DNA of 64,000 nt from Clostridia bacterium (GTDB taxonomy: Bacteria; Bacillota; Clostridia; Christensenellales; UBA1242), in NCBI GenBank assembly GCA_017399265.1, contig JAFQDL010000009.1, positions 42,052-106,051 on the forward strand, read 5' to 3'. Below are positions 41,871-51,999 of the stretch, in pieces. The notes under the pieces are model-generated. The model searched no databases. It had not been told where the DNA came from and saw nothing but the letters and a program-made list of their open reading frames with translations. Both the position numbers and the translations under genes were made by a program. Numbering within the stretch: the stretch's first letter is position 1; every line of letters starts with the position of its first letter.

Positions 41871-43727
41871 ATGGATTTTGATGTAATTGTTATAGGTAGT
41901 GGACATGCTGGTGTAGAAGCTTGTCACGCTTCAGCAAAATTAGGGTTAAAAACATTACTATTGACATTGAATTTAGATAGTATATCTTTTTTGGCGTGCA
42001 ATCCAAGCATAGGCGGAACGGCAAAAGGACATTTGGTGTGTGAAATAGATGCTCTAGGCGGTTTAATGGGCGTTGTTGCTGATCAGAATACTATTCAAAG
42101 AAGAATGCTTAATAGTTCTAAAGGTGCTGCAGTACAAAGTTTGCGTGCTCAAATTGATAAAATTACATATCACACATCTATGAAACAAATACTTGAAAAA
42201 CAGCCAAATTTAGCCATTATTCAAGGAGAAGCAAGCGAAATAATAGTAGAAGATAATAGGGTTATAGGTGTTAAAACAGCGCAAGGAAATATTTATAATT
42301 GTAAGGCTTGTGTCGTAGCAACAGGTGTGTACTTAAATAGTAGAATTATTATAGGAGATTATACAAAAGATTGTGGTCCTAACGGTTTTGCTAACGCATC
42401 TCATTTAACTCAATCATTAATTAATTTGGGTTTTGAGATTAAAAGATTTAAAACAGGCACTCCTGTGAGGGTTCATGGAGATTCTATTGATTATTCAAAA
42501 TTAGAAATTCAAAAAGGTGAGGACGATATTCAAAATTTTTCATTTATCACCAAAAAATCCCCAAAGAATGTTGTAGATTGCTATTTAACTTATACTAATA
42601 AAAATACTCACAAAATAATATTAGATAATCTTGATAAAGCTCCGATGTATACTGGATTAATAACTGGAGAGGGTCCTAGATATTGTCCAAGTATTGAAAC
42701 AAAAGTTGTAAGATTTGCAGATAAAGATAGACACCAATTGTTTTTAGAGCCGGAAGCATTAAGTACAAAAGAGGTTTATATTCAGGGCTTTAGTACATCT
42801 ATGCCAAGCTATATTCAACAAGACATGGTTCATTCGCTAGAAGGTTTAGAAAATGCGCATATTATGCGTGACGCGTATGCTATTGAGTATGATGCTATTG
42901 AAAGTACACAGTTGTTTCCAACGCTAGAAAGTAAGGAAATAAAGGGATTATTTTGTGCTGGACAGGTTAATGGTACTAGTGGATATGAGGAAGCTGCGGC
43001 TCAAGGTATTATAGCTGGTATAAATGCTGCAAAACACGTTAAAAACGAGGAAAAAATCGTTTTAACACGTGATAGTAGCTATATTGGTGTACTTATCGAC
43101 GATTTGGTTACAAAGGGAACTAATGAGCCTTATAGAATGATGACTAGTAGAGCAGAATATAGATTACACTTAAGACAAGACAATGCAGATTTGAGATTAA
43201 CCGAAATAGGCCGAAAAATTGGTCTGGTAGATGATAAAAGATACAAAATCTATAAAAAACGTATAAAAGATTTAGAAATGATAAAAAAACTACTAGATTT
43301 ACGATTTGGAATTAAGTCAGTATATGCTAAAATGTTTGAAAGTAAAGGTGAAACTTTTTCTAGCTCTGGCATGACCATTAGAGACATGATAAGAAGGGCT
43401 AATATCACGATAAAAGATGTTGTAGATTGCGATACTACTCTTTTCGATAAATTTTCAATACAGGATTTAAAAGAAATAGAAATTCAAGAAAAATATTCCG
43501 GATACTTAACAAGACAGGAAATTCAAATAAATCAATCAAAAAAGAGTGAAAATATTCAGCTAAATTCCGATTTTGATTATTCAACTATTAAAGGTTTAAG
43601 AATAGAAGCACAGCAGAAATTAAATAAAATTAAGCCTCTAACCCTAGGACAAGCGAGTAGAATTTCTGGCGTTAGTCCAGCGGATATTGCGGTACTTATG
43701 GTTTATTTAAAATCAACAAAGAAATAA
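41871..43727 (+). CDS. mnmG: tRNA uridine 5-carboxymethylaminomethyl modification enzyme MnmG (GidA)
   Basis: 618 aa. FAD motif [20 protein letters not shown]. Terminator at 43731-43752. Confidence 0.96.
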   Translation: MDFDVIVIGSGHAGVEACHASAKLGLKTLLLTLNLDSISFLACNPSIGGTAKGHLVCEIDALGGLMGVVADQNTIQRRMLNSSKGAAVQSLRAQIDKITYHTSMKQILEKQPNLAIIQGEASEIIVEDNRVIGVKTAQGNIYNCKACVVATGVYLNSRIIIGDYTKDCGPNGFANASHLTQSLINLGFEIKRFKTGTPVRVHGDSIDYSKLEIQKGEDDIQNFSFITKKSPKNVVDCYLTYTNKNTHKIILDNLDKAPMYTGLITGEGPRYCPSIETKVVRFADKDRHQLFLEPEALSTKEVYIQGFSTSMPSYIQQDMVHSLEGLENAHIMRDAYAIEYDAIESTQLFPTLESKEIKGLFCAGQVNGTSGYEEAAAQGIIAGINAAKHVKNEEKIVLTRDSSYIGVLIDDLVTKGTNEPYRMMTSRAEYRLHLRQDNADLRLTEIGRKIGLVDDKRYKIYKKRIKDLEMIKKLLDLRFGIKSVYAKMFESKGETFSSSGMTIRDMIRRANITIKDVVDCDTTLFDKFSIQDLKEIEIQEKYSGYLTRQEIQINQSKKSENIQLNSDFDYSTIKGLRIEAQQKLNKIKPLTLGQASRISGVSPADIAVLMVYLKSTKK

Positions 43728-43826
43728 AAACGGCTATTTAAAGCCGTTTTTTATATTTATATATGATAAATATTTGCTTGAATATTAAACAAATATGATG
43801 TATACTATTATTAATTCGGAGGTTTT

Positions 43827-44537
43827 ATGGATTATCAACAATTTAATAACATACTACGTAAATATAATATAAAAGAAATAAGTGAAGACACTTATTCACA
43901 ATTTAGACATTTTTATCATTATTTAATTGAAGAAAATAACAAATATAATTTAACAACTATTACCGATGAAAAAGATGTATATTTAAAACATTTTATTGAT
44001 AGTTTGCTTTCTATCAAATATTTAAATAACAATTCAAAAATATTAGATATTGGGTGCGGTGCTGGTTTTCCTAGCGTACCTCTAGCAATATATAATGAAA
44101 ATTTCAAGATCACTGCTATAGATTCGGTAAATAAGAAAGTAAATTTTGTAAATAATGCATGTAATAGGTTAAAAATAAATAATTTATCTGCAATACATAC
44201 TAGAATAGAGGATTTAGCGCACAAGTCGGAGTATAGAGAGTGTTTTGATATAGTTGTATCTAGAGCAGTTGCTCCTTTAAATACCTTGTTGGAATATGCT
44301 ATTCCTTTTCTAAAAGTAAATGGCTTATTTATTGCGTATAAGAGTCTAAACACCGATGAAGAAATAAATCAAGCAAAAAATGCTTTAAAACAATTAAGTT
44401 GTAGCATTTTTGAAAAAATAACCTTAAACTTTGAGGAAATTGAGTCAAATAGAACCTTTTTAATAATAAAAAAAGAAAAAACCACTAATAAAATATATCC
44501 TAGGATACAAAATAAGCCTAGAAAACAGCCACTTTAG
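43827..44537 (+). CDS. rsmG: 16S rRNA (guanine527-N7)-methyltransferase RsmG (GidB)
   Basis: 236 aa. SAM motif DIGCGAGFPS. Conserved position after mnmG. Confidence 0.92.
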   Translation: MDYQQFNNILRKYNIKEISEDTYSQFRHFYHYLIEENNKYNLTTITDEKDVYLKHFIDSLLSIKYLNNNSKILDIGCGAGFPSVPLAIYNENFKITAIDSVNKKVNFVNNACNRLKINNLSAIHTRIEDLAHKSEYRECFDIVVSRAVAPLNTLLEYAIPFLKVNGLFIAYKSLNTDEEINQAKNALKQLSCSIFEKITLNFEEIESNRTFLIIKKEKTTNKIYPRIQNKPRKQPL

Positions 44538-44542
44538 TTAGA

Positions 44543-44558
44543 TGTTTCACGTGAAACA
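44543..44558. other. parS site 1 (perfect palindrome TGTTTCACGTGAAACA)
   Basis: Matches the Firmicute parS consensus tGTTtCACGTGAAACa. Lies 6 nt after the rsmG stop. Confidence 0.9.
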
Positions 44559-44609
44559 TCTTTTTTATCAGCTTATATTTGTTTTAATTTTAAAATCTAT
44601 GTTTACACA

Positions 44610-44625
44610 TGTTTCATGTGAAACA
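44610..44625. other. parS site 2 (TGTTTCATGTGAAACA, one central mismatch)
   Basis: 15/16 match to site 1. Confidence 0.8.
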
Positions 44626-44694
44626 ATTTTGATTATAATACACAAAACAGAAATATTGATTTAAATAATCAAAATTGAAATAAAAAAAATAGAA

Positions 44695-44710
44695 TGTTTC
44701 ACGTGAAACA
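44695..44710. other. parS site 3 (TGTTTCACGTGAAACA)
   Basis: Exact copy of site 1, about 110 nt upstream of parA. Confidence 0.9.
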
Positions 44711-44817
44711 AAAGTCATTTTTTTACTTTCTTTATAAATATGTTTGATAAATCTTTTTGAAATAACTTTTTGTATATGATATACTTATTACACAAAATAA
44801 ATTAAAAGTAGGTAAAA

Positions 44818-45600
44818 ATGGGGAAAATAATAGCGTTTTTGAATCAAAAAGGCGGTGTAGGTAAAACAACTACATGCGTTAATATGGCTAGCTACCTTGC
44901 AACAATGGGCAAAAAAGTTCTTTTAGTAGATATTGACCCCCAAGGAAATGCAAGTTCTAGCTTTGGATTTGATAAAGAGAAAAAATACAAAACTATATAT
45001 GACATAATGTCTGGCAAAGCAAGTGTAAGTGAAGTTATAATGCCAACCAAAGTGGAATTGTGTGATTTGATACCTTCTGATGTTGATTTAGCTGGTGCTG
45101 AAATAGAAATGGTACAAATGAAAAGAAGAGAAAAAATTCTTAAAGATATACTTGATGAGGTAAAAGATGTATACGATTATATATGTATAGATTGTCCACC
45201 TTCACTTGGTTTGATAACTATTAATGCTTTAACTGCGTGTAATTCTGTTATTATACCAATTATATGTGAGTTTTTGGCCATGGAAGGTATTACACAACTT
45301 ATGTATACTGTTAAGTTAGTTAAAAAACACCTAAATGAAGCCATAAATATAGAAGGCATAGTGTTGACAATGAAAAATAATAGAAGTACATTGTATGCAT
45401 CTGTGGCTGAAAATTTGAGAAGATATTTCAAAGATAAGGTGTATGATACCGTTATACCACGTAATGTTAGGTTGGCTGAAGCGCCAAGCTATGGAGAACC
45501 AATAGTATTATATGATCCAAAGTGTCCAGGAGCATTAGCATACAAAGCATTAACGGAAGAATTTTTATCAAAACAAAATAGGAGAAATGATAATGAGTAA
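44818..45600 (+). CDS. soj: Chromosome partitioning ATPase ParA/Soj
   Basis: 260 aa with deviant Walker A KGGVGKTT. Confidence 0.95.
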   Translation: MGKIIAFLNQKGGVGKTTTCVNMASYLATMGKKVLLVDIDPQGNASSSFGFDKEKKYKTIYDIMSGKASVSEVIMPTKVELCDLIPSDVDLAGAEIEMVQMKRREKILKDILDEVKDVYDYICIDCPPSLGLITINALTACNSVIIPIICEFLAMEGITQLMYTVKLVKKHLNEAINIEGIVLTMKNNRSTLYASVAENLRRYFKDKVYDTVIPRNVRLAEAPSYGEPIVLYDPKCPGALAYKALTEEFLSKQNRRNDNE

Positions 45601-46501
45601 TAGATTAGGAAGAGGCCTTGATTCTCTATTAGGTATATTGGATAGAGATGATGAAGTAGCTAGTATATTAGAGACAAAAGAAGAAATTAAACCGGTTGAA
45701 AAAATGGAAGAAATTGTCAAAAACAACTCGGTTGTTGAATTAGAAATATCACTTATTGACAATAACACCGCCCAACCAAGAAAGCATTTTGATGCAAATA
45801 CTCTTGAAGAATTAGCTCAAAGCATTAGAGAGTATGGTGTTGTACAACCTATTATTGTTGTTAAAAACGGAAAGCGTTACACTATTGTTGCTGGTGAAAG
45901 AAGATTTAGAGCAAGCAAACTTGCAGGTAAAAAGACTATTCCTGCTGTAGTTAGAGAATATACAGATATGCAGATCAAAGAGATTGCATTGCTTGAAAAT
46001 ATTCAGAGGGAAGATTTAAATCCGATTGAAACTGCTCGCGCACTTGACGAATTGATGAAAGAGTTTAATTGGACACAAGAGATTATTTCTAATAAATTTG
46101 GTAAAAGTCGTTCTGCAATCGCTAATACGGTTAGATTATTATCTTTATCACCTGAAGTTATCAAATTAGTGGAAGAGGGTAAATTAAGTGCTGGACATGC
46201 ACGTAGTTTAATTGTCGTAAACAATCCCGAAGTCCAACTTAAACTGGCAAATCTCGCTATTACAAAGAAAATTACTGTTAGAGATATGGAAAAAGCAGTA
46301 AAAGACGTTCAAAGCGGGCAAGTTGAAAAGCAAAGTAAAATAAGGATAATGTCTTTAGAACTTAAGAATTTCCAATCAGAGTTAACCAAGAAATTGGGGG
46401 TTAAAGTGAAGATTGTTGGAGATGAAAAGAAGGGTAAGATAGTTATCAACTATTCTTCCACAGAAGATTTGGATAGAATAAATGATATTTTAAAAAAATA
46501 G
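45593..46501 (+). CDS. spo0J: Chromosome partitioning protein ParB/Spo0J
   Basis: RBS AGGAGA favours ATG 45593 over 45587. Motifs GERRFRA, HTH, LSAGHAR. Terminator after the stop. Confidence 0.93.
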   Translation: MSNRLGRGLDSLLGILDRDDEVASILETKEEIKPVEKMEEIVKNNSVVELEISLIDNNTAQPRKHFDANTLEELAQSIREYGVVQPIIVVKNGKRYTIVAGERRFRASKLAGKKTIPAVVREYTDMQIKEIALLENIQREDLNPIETARALDELMKEFNWTQEIISNKFGKSRSAIANTVRLLSLSPEVIKLVEEGKLSAGHARSLIVVNNPEVQLKLANLAITKKITVRDMEKAVKDVQSGQVEKQSKIRIMSLELKNFQSELTKKLGVKVKIVGDEKKGKIVINYSSTEDLDRINDILKK

Positions 46502-46635
46502 GCTATTTAGCCTATTTTTTAATATTAAATCAACGTATTAAAAATTTTTCTATATAATTTTAGATAAAAGATTTTTTTTAATATTGTATTTAATAATAAT
46601 TTATGGTATCATTAATATAATAAGAGGTGTTTGTT

Positions 46636-47679
46636 ATGAAAAATGATAAAAGAGTAGAATATTTAAATTCAACAGAAATAATGTTATTACCACAGACTAA
46701 AAGAGAAAAATATTTAAAAGATTTAACATCGCTTAGACGTCAAATGAGATCGTTGATTGGATATCAAGATAGTCCATATTCTATTAAAGGTGGATTAAAA
46801 CAAACTATATCGTCTGTTGTTAGTCATTATGGAATGGAAGATTCCGTAAATGTTGCTTATTCCAAAATTATGGAATCTTTTGTTGGAGCACAAATATATA
46901 AAGAAGAAGTAAAAGGAATATATGATAGAAAATTCGAATATGATCATGCTTCGAAAGAAGATAAGAAAAAAATGAAGAAGGTATATAGTCCTATAGATTA
47001 TATGGATCTTAAGACAATGTATCATTTTTATAAATTTCGCCAAAAAATAATAGAGCTTGATCAACAAAGAATACAAGAAACAGGAAAGAGAACTGTTAGT
47101 CAAGCAGGTTTTGATCAATTACTTGCAGATGCAAGAAAAGCGTGTTTTGCTGAAAGAGGCGTAAAAAACTTATTTTTTAGTGAATATGATATTAATTTTA
47201 AAAGTAGCCCTATAGCCTCATTTTCACCTATAAATGCATTACAATCAAAACAAGAAAATGCACCCTTAATAGAGGATTTGGAGCTTTCGTTAACAGCACA
47301 AGAAGATTTAAAACATTTACCTGTAGAACATTTTATAAAGGCTGATGTTTTAAGATATATGCTTTCCTACGTAGACAAGACAAAGTCGTTGACAGCTATA
47401 GAAAAGTTAGAATTAAGAGGCTTATACACAGAGAAAGCTGTATCTAAAATAAAAAGCATGAAAGTTTGTAAACCAGCAAAAGAGGTCTTAGCTGATAGGT
47501 ATAACTTTAGTGGACAAGTATTTACTTTTGAAGAGGATCAAAACAAAGAATTAAGTTTAACCGGAGAAGATTTTAAAGAATTAAGACAAAATGGTTTGAG
47601 TGTTTACAGGGCAAATGGTAGAACAGAAGAAAAAACAGATAAAGATATGGTAGATGGACAAATTTCTTGGAATTTATAA
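46636..47679 (+). CDS. Hypothetical protein
   Basis: 347-aa ORF (ATG behind RBS AGAGGTG) with no recognised motif and its own terminator at about 47683-47708. Confidence 0.5.
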   Translation: MKNDKRVEYLNSTEIMLLPQTKREKYLKDLTSLRRQMRSLIGYQDSPYSIKGGLKQTISSVVSHYGMEDSVNVAYSKIMESFVGAQIYKEEVKGIYDRKFEYDHASKEDKKKMKKVYSPIDYMDLKTMYHFYKFRQKIIELDQQRIQETGKRTVSQAGFDQLLADARKACFAERGVKNLFFSEYDINFKSSPIASFSPINALQSKQENAPLIEDLELSLTAQEDLKHLPVEHFIKADVLRYMLSYVDKTKSLTAIEKLELRGLYTEKAVSKIKSMKVCKPAKEVLADRYNFSGQVFTFEEDQNKELSLTGEDFKELRQNGLSVYRANGRTEEKTDKDMVDGQISWNL

Positions 47680-47805
47680 CGACTTATTTATATAAGTCGT
47701 TTTTTTTATTATTAGTTTTTTAAAATGTAAAAATTGATGTAAAAATTTGTTAAAATAAAAATTATAATATATACTAATAATAATTAGTGAAAAATGGAGG
47801 ATATT

Positions 47806-50481
47806 ATGGCGATAAGACATATTCCTAGAAAAAGTAAAGTAAAAATAGAAGTTTTCCATGGATTTGGAATAGCAGATATATGTTTTGGTATTGTGGGTTT
47901 AGCATTAGCACTAATGTTACTATTTGCTAATATTTTCCCGGCGCCAAATAATATTTATGTCGCTTTGAGTTTCATTGTAATTTGGGTAATGTTGTATGTA
48001 CACGTTAGTGAGGGAGTAAGATTGTATTATGGCCTTGTGCTATTGTTCAAGTTTGTCTCTTATAAAAAGAGGTATGTAAAGAATGCTACAAAAGCAACAG
48101 ATAGTATAGCGAGAATTATACCATTTGATGCAATAAATACAGATAAGTACATACAGTTTGAAGGATATTATGGTAAAGTTACAGAAATTTTACCTATGAA
48201 CTTTGGTTTATTAACGCCAGAAAAACAAGATTCTGTAGTTACATGTTTTGCCCATGCGATATCTAGATTAAATCCAAATCAAAAATTTTCAATTGTAAAA
48301 ACCAGAAAACCAATGGTTCTTGACCAATTGGCAAAATTTGAAGATAATAAATACAATACACTTAACGATATGAGAGATAGAGGCTTGTACAACCCCGATG
48401 AGCTAGATCCTAGAAGTGTTGTATTTGAAGAAAGATTGAATTATATAAATTATTTGAATACAGAAAGCAAAATCGTAAAAGATTATTTTTATATTGTAGT
48501 TTATGATAAGGATAGAGAAGCTTTAGAAACTGGTGTTTCTGGTATGGTAGCGGCTCTAGAAAGTAGTGCAAATCCTATATTTACAAGGGAAGTAAAAGGC
48601 AATGATTTGCTTGTATTTTTAAAAAGTACTTTTACAAGCCAATTTGATGAAAGAGAATTGGATTTGGTAAGTGAAGCTGAAAAAATAAAATGGGCAATGC
48701 CTGATAAAGTTGAATTCCATGTAAGAAACACAAATATTGATGGCGAAGAAATGCGTTCATTTGTCGTAACAGATTATCCTTTGGACATCGGAAATGCGTG
48801 GTTATTTCCATTATTCCTATTAGAAGAAAGTAGAATTGTTGTTCATTGTGAACAAATTGATAAATATCAAGCTAAAAGAATGATAGATAGAAGTTTGATG
48901 GAAGTAGAAGCGAAGTTGTCTAAAGACATGAAAACCTCTAAAAAGATAGCAACTCAGACTCATTACGAGACATTGAGAGAATTGCTTCAAAACTTAGAAA
49001 ATAACAACCAAAACCTTTATAATGTAAACGTACATATTATGGCTGCTGAAGGTGTAAAGAAAGAGGTTAGATCAGTTTTAAGGCAAAGTGGATTTAGATT
49101 TTCTGAAAACTTTGGTAGACAAATAGATGGTTTTGCAAGTGCAAATATAAGTACTTATGATAGACTAAGCAGTAACCAACGTGGAATGCAAACAGATGCA
49201 TTGGCAAGCGGTTTTCCGTTTATCAGTAATATGTTGCAAGACGAAAGAGGCGTCTATTTGGGATATAATGCTTATCCAGTGTTTGTTAACTTCTTTGCAA
49301 GAAATAGCGAACGTGTAAATTCAAATATGATGGTAATTGGTAAGTCTGGTTCTGGTAAATCATATACAACAAAGACATTGCTTACAAACTTTGCAGCAGA
49401 TAATACAAGAATATTTATTCTTGACCCGGAAAACGAGTATGAGATATTGTGTAAAAACCTAAATGGTAAAATTATAGACGTTGGTACAAGTAGCGACGGT
49501 ATATTCAATCCTTTCCACATTTATGCAACATTGGAGGCAGAAGAAGGTGGACAAGACGACTCTTATAACGCACACTTGCAATTCTTAGAGCAGTTCTTTA
49601 AATTAATATTGCCAGGCATAAATGCTGATGCTTTCGAAAAATTAAACTCTATTATTGCTCAGCTTTATGAACGTTTCCATATTACTCCAACAACCGATAT
49701 ATCTGTGCTGTCTCCTGATGACTTTCCAATCTTTGATGATTTGATAGAACTTGTTGACGAGTTAATTGCAAAAGAAAAAGATGAATACCACTTAAGAAAC
49801 TTACAAACGGTAAGAGTATATATAGAAAAATTTGCTACAGGTGGTAGAAATAGTAACTTGTGGAATGGTCCTACAAGTATTAGAACTAATGAAAACTTCG
49901 TCTGCTTTAGTTTCAGAACATTGATCTCTAACCGTAACGATGTTATTGCGAATGCACAGATGCTTCTAGTATTTAAATACTTGGATAACGAAATTATTAA
50001 AAACAGAGACTTTAACTTAAAGTATTTTGCTCACGAAGAAAAGGAAGAAGATCATAGACGTGTAATTGTTGCAGTCGATGAAGCGCACGTATTTATTAAT
50101 AAAAAATATCCTATAGCGCTAGATTTCATGGCGCAAATGGCTAAACGTATTCGTAAATACAATGGTATGCAAATTATTATCACACAAAATATTAAAGACT
50201 TCGTTGGTTCAGAAGAAATTGCTACACAAAGTACAGCAATAATCAACGCGTGTCAATATTCTTTAATACTTTCATTGTCACCAAACGATATTAACGACTT
50301 GATAGCTCTTTATCGTAACGCTGGTGGTATCAACGACTCAGAGAAAGACTCAATAGTATCCGCTCGTCGTGGTCAGGTATTCTTAATTACAGGTCCTATG
50401 AATAGAACAACAATACAAGTACATGCACTAGCAAATACAAAAGTCTTATTTGAACAAGATTTGTCAAGAGAAGAGTATTAA
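47806..50481 (+). CDS. VirB4/TrsE-family (AAA_10-like) ATPase with N-terminal two-helix membrane hairpin (VirB3-like)
   Basis: Start moved to ATG 47806 (RBS GGAGG). Two N-terminal TM helices. Walker A VIGKSGSGKSYTTK, ILDPENEY, Walker B VIVAVDEAHVF, ITQNIKDF. Confidence 0.6.
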   Translation: MAIRHIPRKSKVKIEVFHGFGIADICFGIVGLALALMLLFANIFPAPNNIYVALSFIVIWVMLYVHVSEGVRLYYGLVLLFKFVSYKKRYVKNATKATDSIARIIPFDAINTDKYIQFEGYYGKVTEILPMNFGLLTPEKQDSVVTCFAHAISRLNPNQKFSIVKTRKPMVLDQLAKFEDNKYNTLNDMRDRGLYNPDELDPRSVVFEERLNYINYLNTESKIVKDYFYIVVYDKDREALETGVSGMVAALESSANPIFTREVKGNDLLVFLKSTFTSQFDERELDLVSEAEKIKWAMPDKVEFHVRNTNIDGEEMRSFVVTDYPLDIGNAWLFPLFLLEESRIVVHCEQIDKYQAKRMIDRSLMEVEAKLSKDMKTSKKIATQTHYETLRELLQNLENNNQNLYNVNVHIMAAEGVKKEVRSVLRQSGFRFSENFGRQIDGFASANISTYDRLSSNQRGMQTDALASGFPFISNMLQDERGVYLGYNAYPVFVNFFARNSERVNSNMMVIGKSGSGKSYTTKTLLTNFAADNTRIFILDPENEYEILCKNLNGKIIDVGTSSDGIFNPFHIYATLEAEEGGQDDSYNAHLQFLEQFFKLILPGINADAFEKLNSIIAQLYERFHITPTTDISVLSPDDFPIFDDLIELVDELIAKEKDEYHLRNLQTVRVYIEKFATGGRNSNLWNGPTSIRTNENFVCFSFRTLISNRNDVIANAQMLLVFKYLDNEIIKNRDFNLKYFAHEEKEEDHRRVIVAVDEAHVFINKKYPIALDFMAQMAKRIRKYNGMQIIITQNIKDFVGSEEIATQSTAIINACQYSLILSLSPNDINDLIALYRNAGGINDSEKDSIVSARRGQVFLITGPMNRTTIQVHALANTKVLFEQDLSREEY

Positions 50482-50707
50482 GAAATACATTTATATAAGA
50501 CATATCAATAGTATTATTAAAACTAAATAAGTCTTAGGAGGAGGGTGTCAACCTTCTTCTTTTTTGGTTTGTCCACAAAATTATAAAAAATGTGGAAAAA
50601 CGACTCTGTTTGTAAAAATACAAAATTACAATTTGTAATAAATCGTTTTGTTTTTTTATATTTATGATATATACTTACTAAGAATATACCCTAAAAGGAG
50701 ATAAATT

Positions 50708-51292
50708 ATGAATTTGTTAGGAGCTTCTTACGCATGGATTGCGATAATTGCCGTAGTTATAATATTAGTTTTTTTAATCATTGTTATGTTTATTAGCTAC
50801 TACAATAAATTTGTAAAAGCCAGAAACAACGTCGAAGAAAGCTTTTCTGCCATGGATGTGTACTTGGTAAAAAGATCCAGTTTAATTCCGAATATTGTAA
50901 ATACTGTAAAGGGTTATGCAAAACATGAAAAAGAAACCCTTACAGCCGTTATTGAGGCGAGAAATTTAGCAAATAATTCTACGACTCGTGAAGAAAGAAT
51001 GAAGAATGAGGCGGCATTAACAAGTGCTTTAAAATCGTTGTTAATGGTGGTTGAGCAATATCCTAATTTACAAGCAAATGAAAATTTTATGGATTTGCAA
51101 AATCAATTAAAAGAGATTGAATTGGACATTGCTAATGCAAGAAAGTTCTATAATGCAAGAGTTAAAGCTTATAACACAAGCATACAAACTTTCCCAGCTG
51201 TAATATTTGCTAAAATCTTTAAACAAACGAAGTTCGATTTCTTTATTGTAGATGACGAAAACGAAAGAAAAAATATTAAAGTAGAATTTTAA
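50708..51292 (+). CDS. lemA: LemA family membrane protein
   Basis: 194 aa with an N-terminal TM helix and the LemA pattern (YYNKFV...ARKFYNARV..YNT.IQTFPAVIFA). Confidence 0.88.
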   Translation: MNLLGASYAWIAIIAVVIILVFLIIVMFISYYNKFVKARNNVEESFSAMDVYLVKRSSLIPNIVNTVKGYAKHEKETLTAVIEARNLANNSTTREERMKNEAALTSALKSLLMVVEQYPNLQANENFMDLQNQLKEIELDIANARKFYNARVKAYNTSIQTFPAVIFAKIFKQTKFDFFIVDDENERKNIKVEF

Positions 51293-51333
51293 TAGGCATG
51301 TATATGCCTATTTTTCTTTAAGGAGAGTTAAAT

Positions 51334-51744
51334 ATGGAAACAAAAAAAGCGGGTTGTGTGTTGATTAATAGTAAAGAAAAAACAGCAGCAATAATATTTA
51401 GAGAATATCTCAACGATTATTCTTTTCCCAAAGGTCATTTGGAAAATGGTGAAACATTAATAGAATGCGCTGTAAGAGAAACTGCCGAAGAAACTAAAAG
51501 AATTGCCGAAATAGTGAAAAACATTCCTCCTTTCATTGATAAATATACAACACCTAAAGGCGAAAAATGTGTTTGTTATATGTATTTAGCATTGGATAAA
51601 GGGAAAAGTGATAATGATTCTACAGATACGCACGACACTATATGGATTCCATATAATAGGGTTAAAGATTATTTGTCTTATCCAAGCTTAATAAAGACTT
51701 GGGAATTCTTTGAAGAGTACATAGAAAGCACAAATACGGATTAA
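51334..51744 (+). CDS. NUDIX hydrolase
   Basis: 136 aa with Nudix box GHLENGETLIECAVRETAEET. Confidence 0.85.
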   Translation: METKKAGCVLINSKEKTAAIIFREYLNDYSFPKGHLENGETLIECAVRETAEETKRIAEIVKNIPPFIDKYTTPKGEKCVCYMYLALDKGKSDNDSTDTHDTIWIPYNRVKDYLSYPSLIKTWEFFEEYIESTNTD

Positions 51745-51822
51745 TTAAAAAATATTTTATTAAACACTTGACTTTAAAATATTTATATGATAAAATATAT
51801 ACATCTTTTACAAAGGAAACTT

Positions 51823-51918
51823 ATGAAGAGATTAAAATATATTTATCAATTCAATAAATTTTGCTGCGCTGTTAGCATGGCAAATGCATTAAATAATATA
51901 CCAAAGTCGGTATTCTAA
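51823..51918 (+). CDS. Candidate 31-aa small protein (MKRLKYIYQFNKFCCAVSMANALNNIPKSVF)
   Basis: Below the ORF-track cutoff. Promoter TTGACT-17-TAAAAT at about 51767-51795, weak RBS AAAGGAAA, and a strong terminator (AGTCGGTATTCTAA...TTAGAATATCGACT-T7) overlapping the stop. Confidence 0.35.
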   Translation: MKRLKYIYQFNKFCCAVSMANALNNIPKSVF

Positions 51919-51999
51919 TTATTTTTAGAATATCGACTTTTTTTAATGCTTTTTTTAAGTTTTTAATGTAAAATAAATTCAATTTAAAAGGAGATTGTT

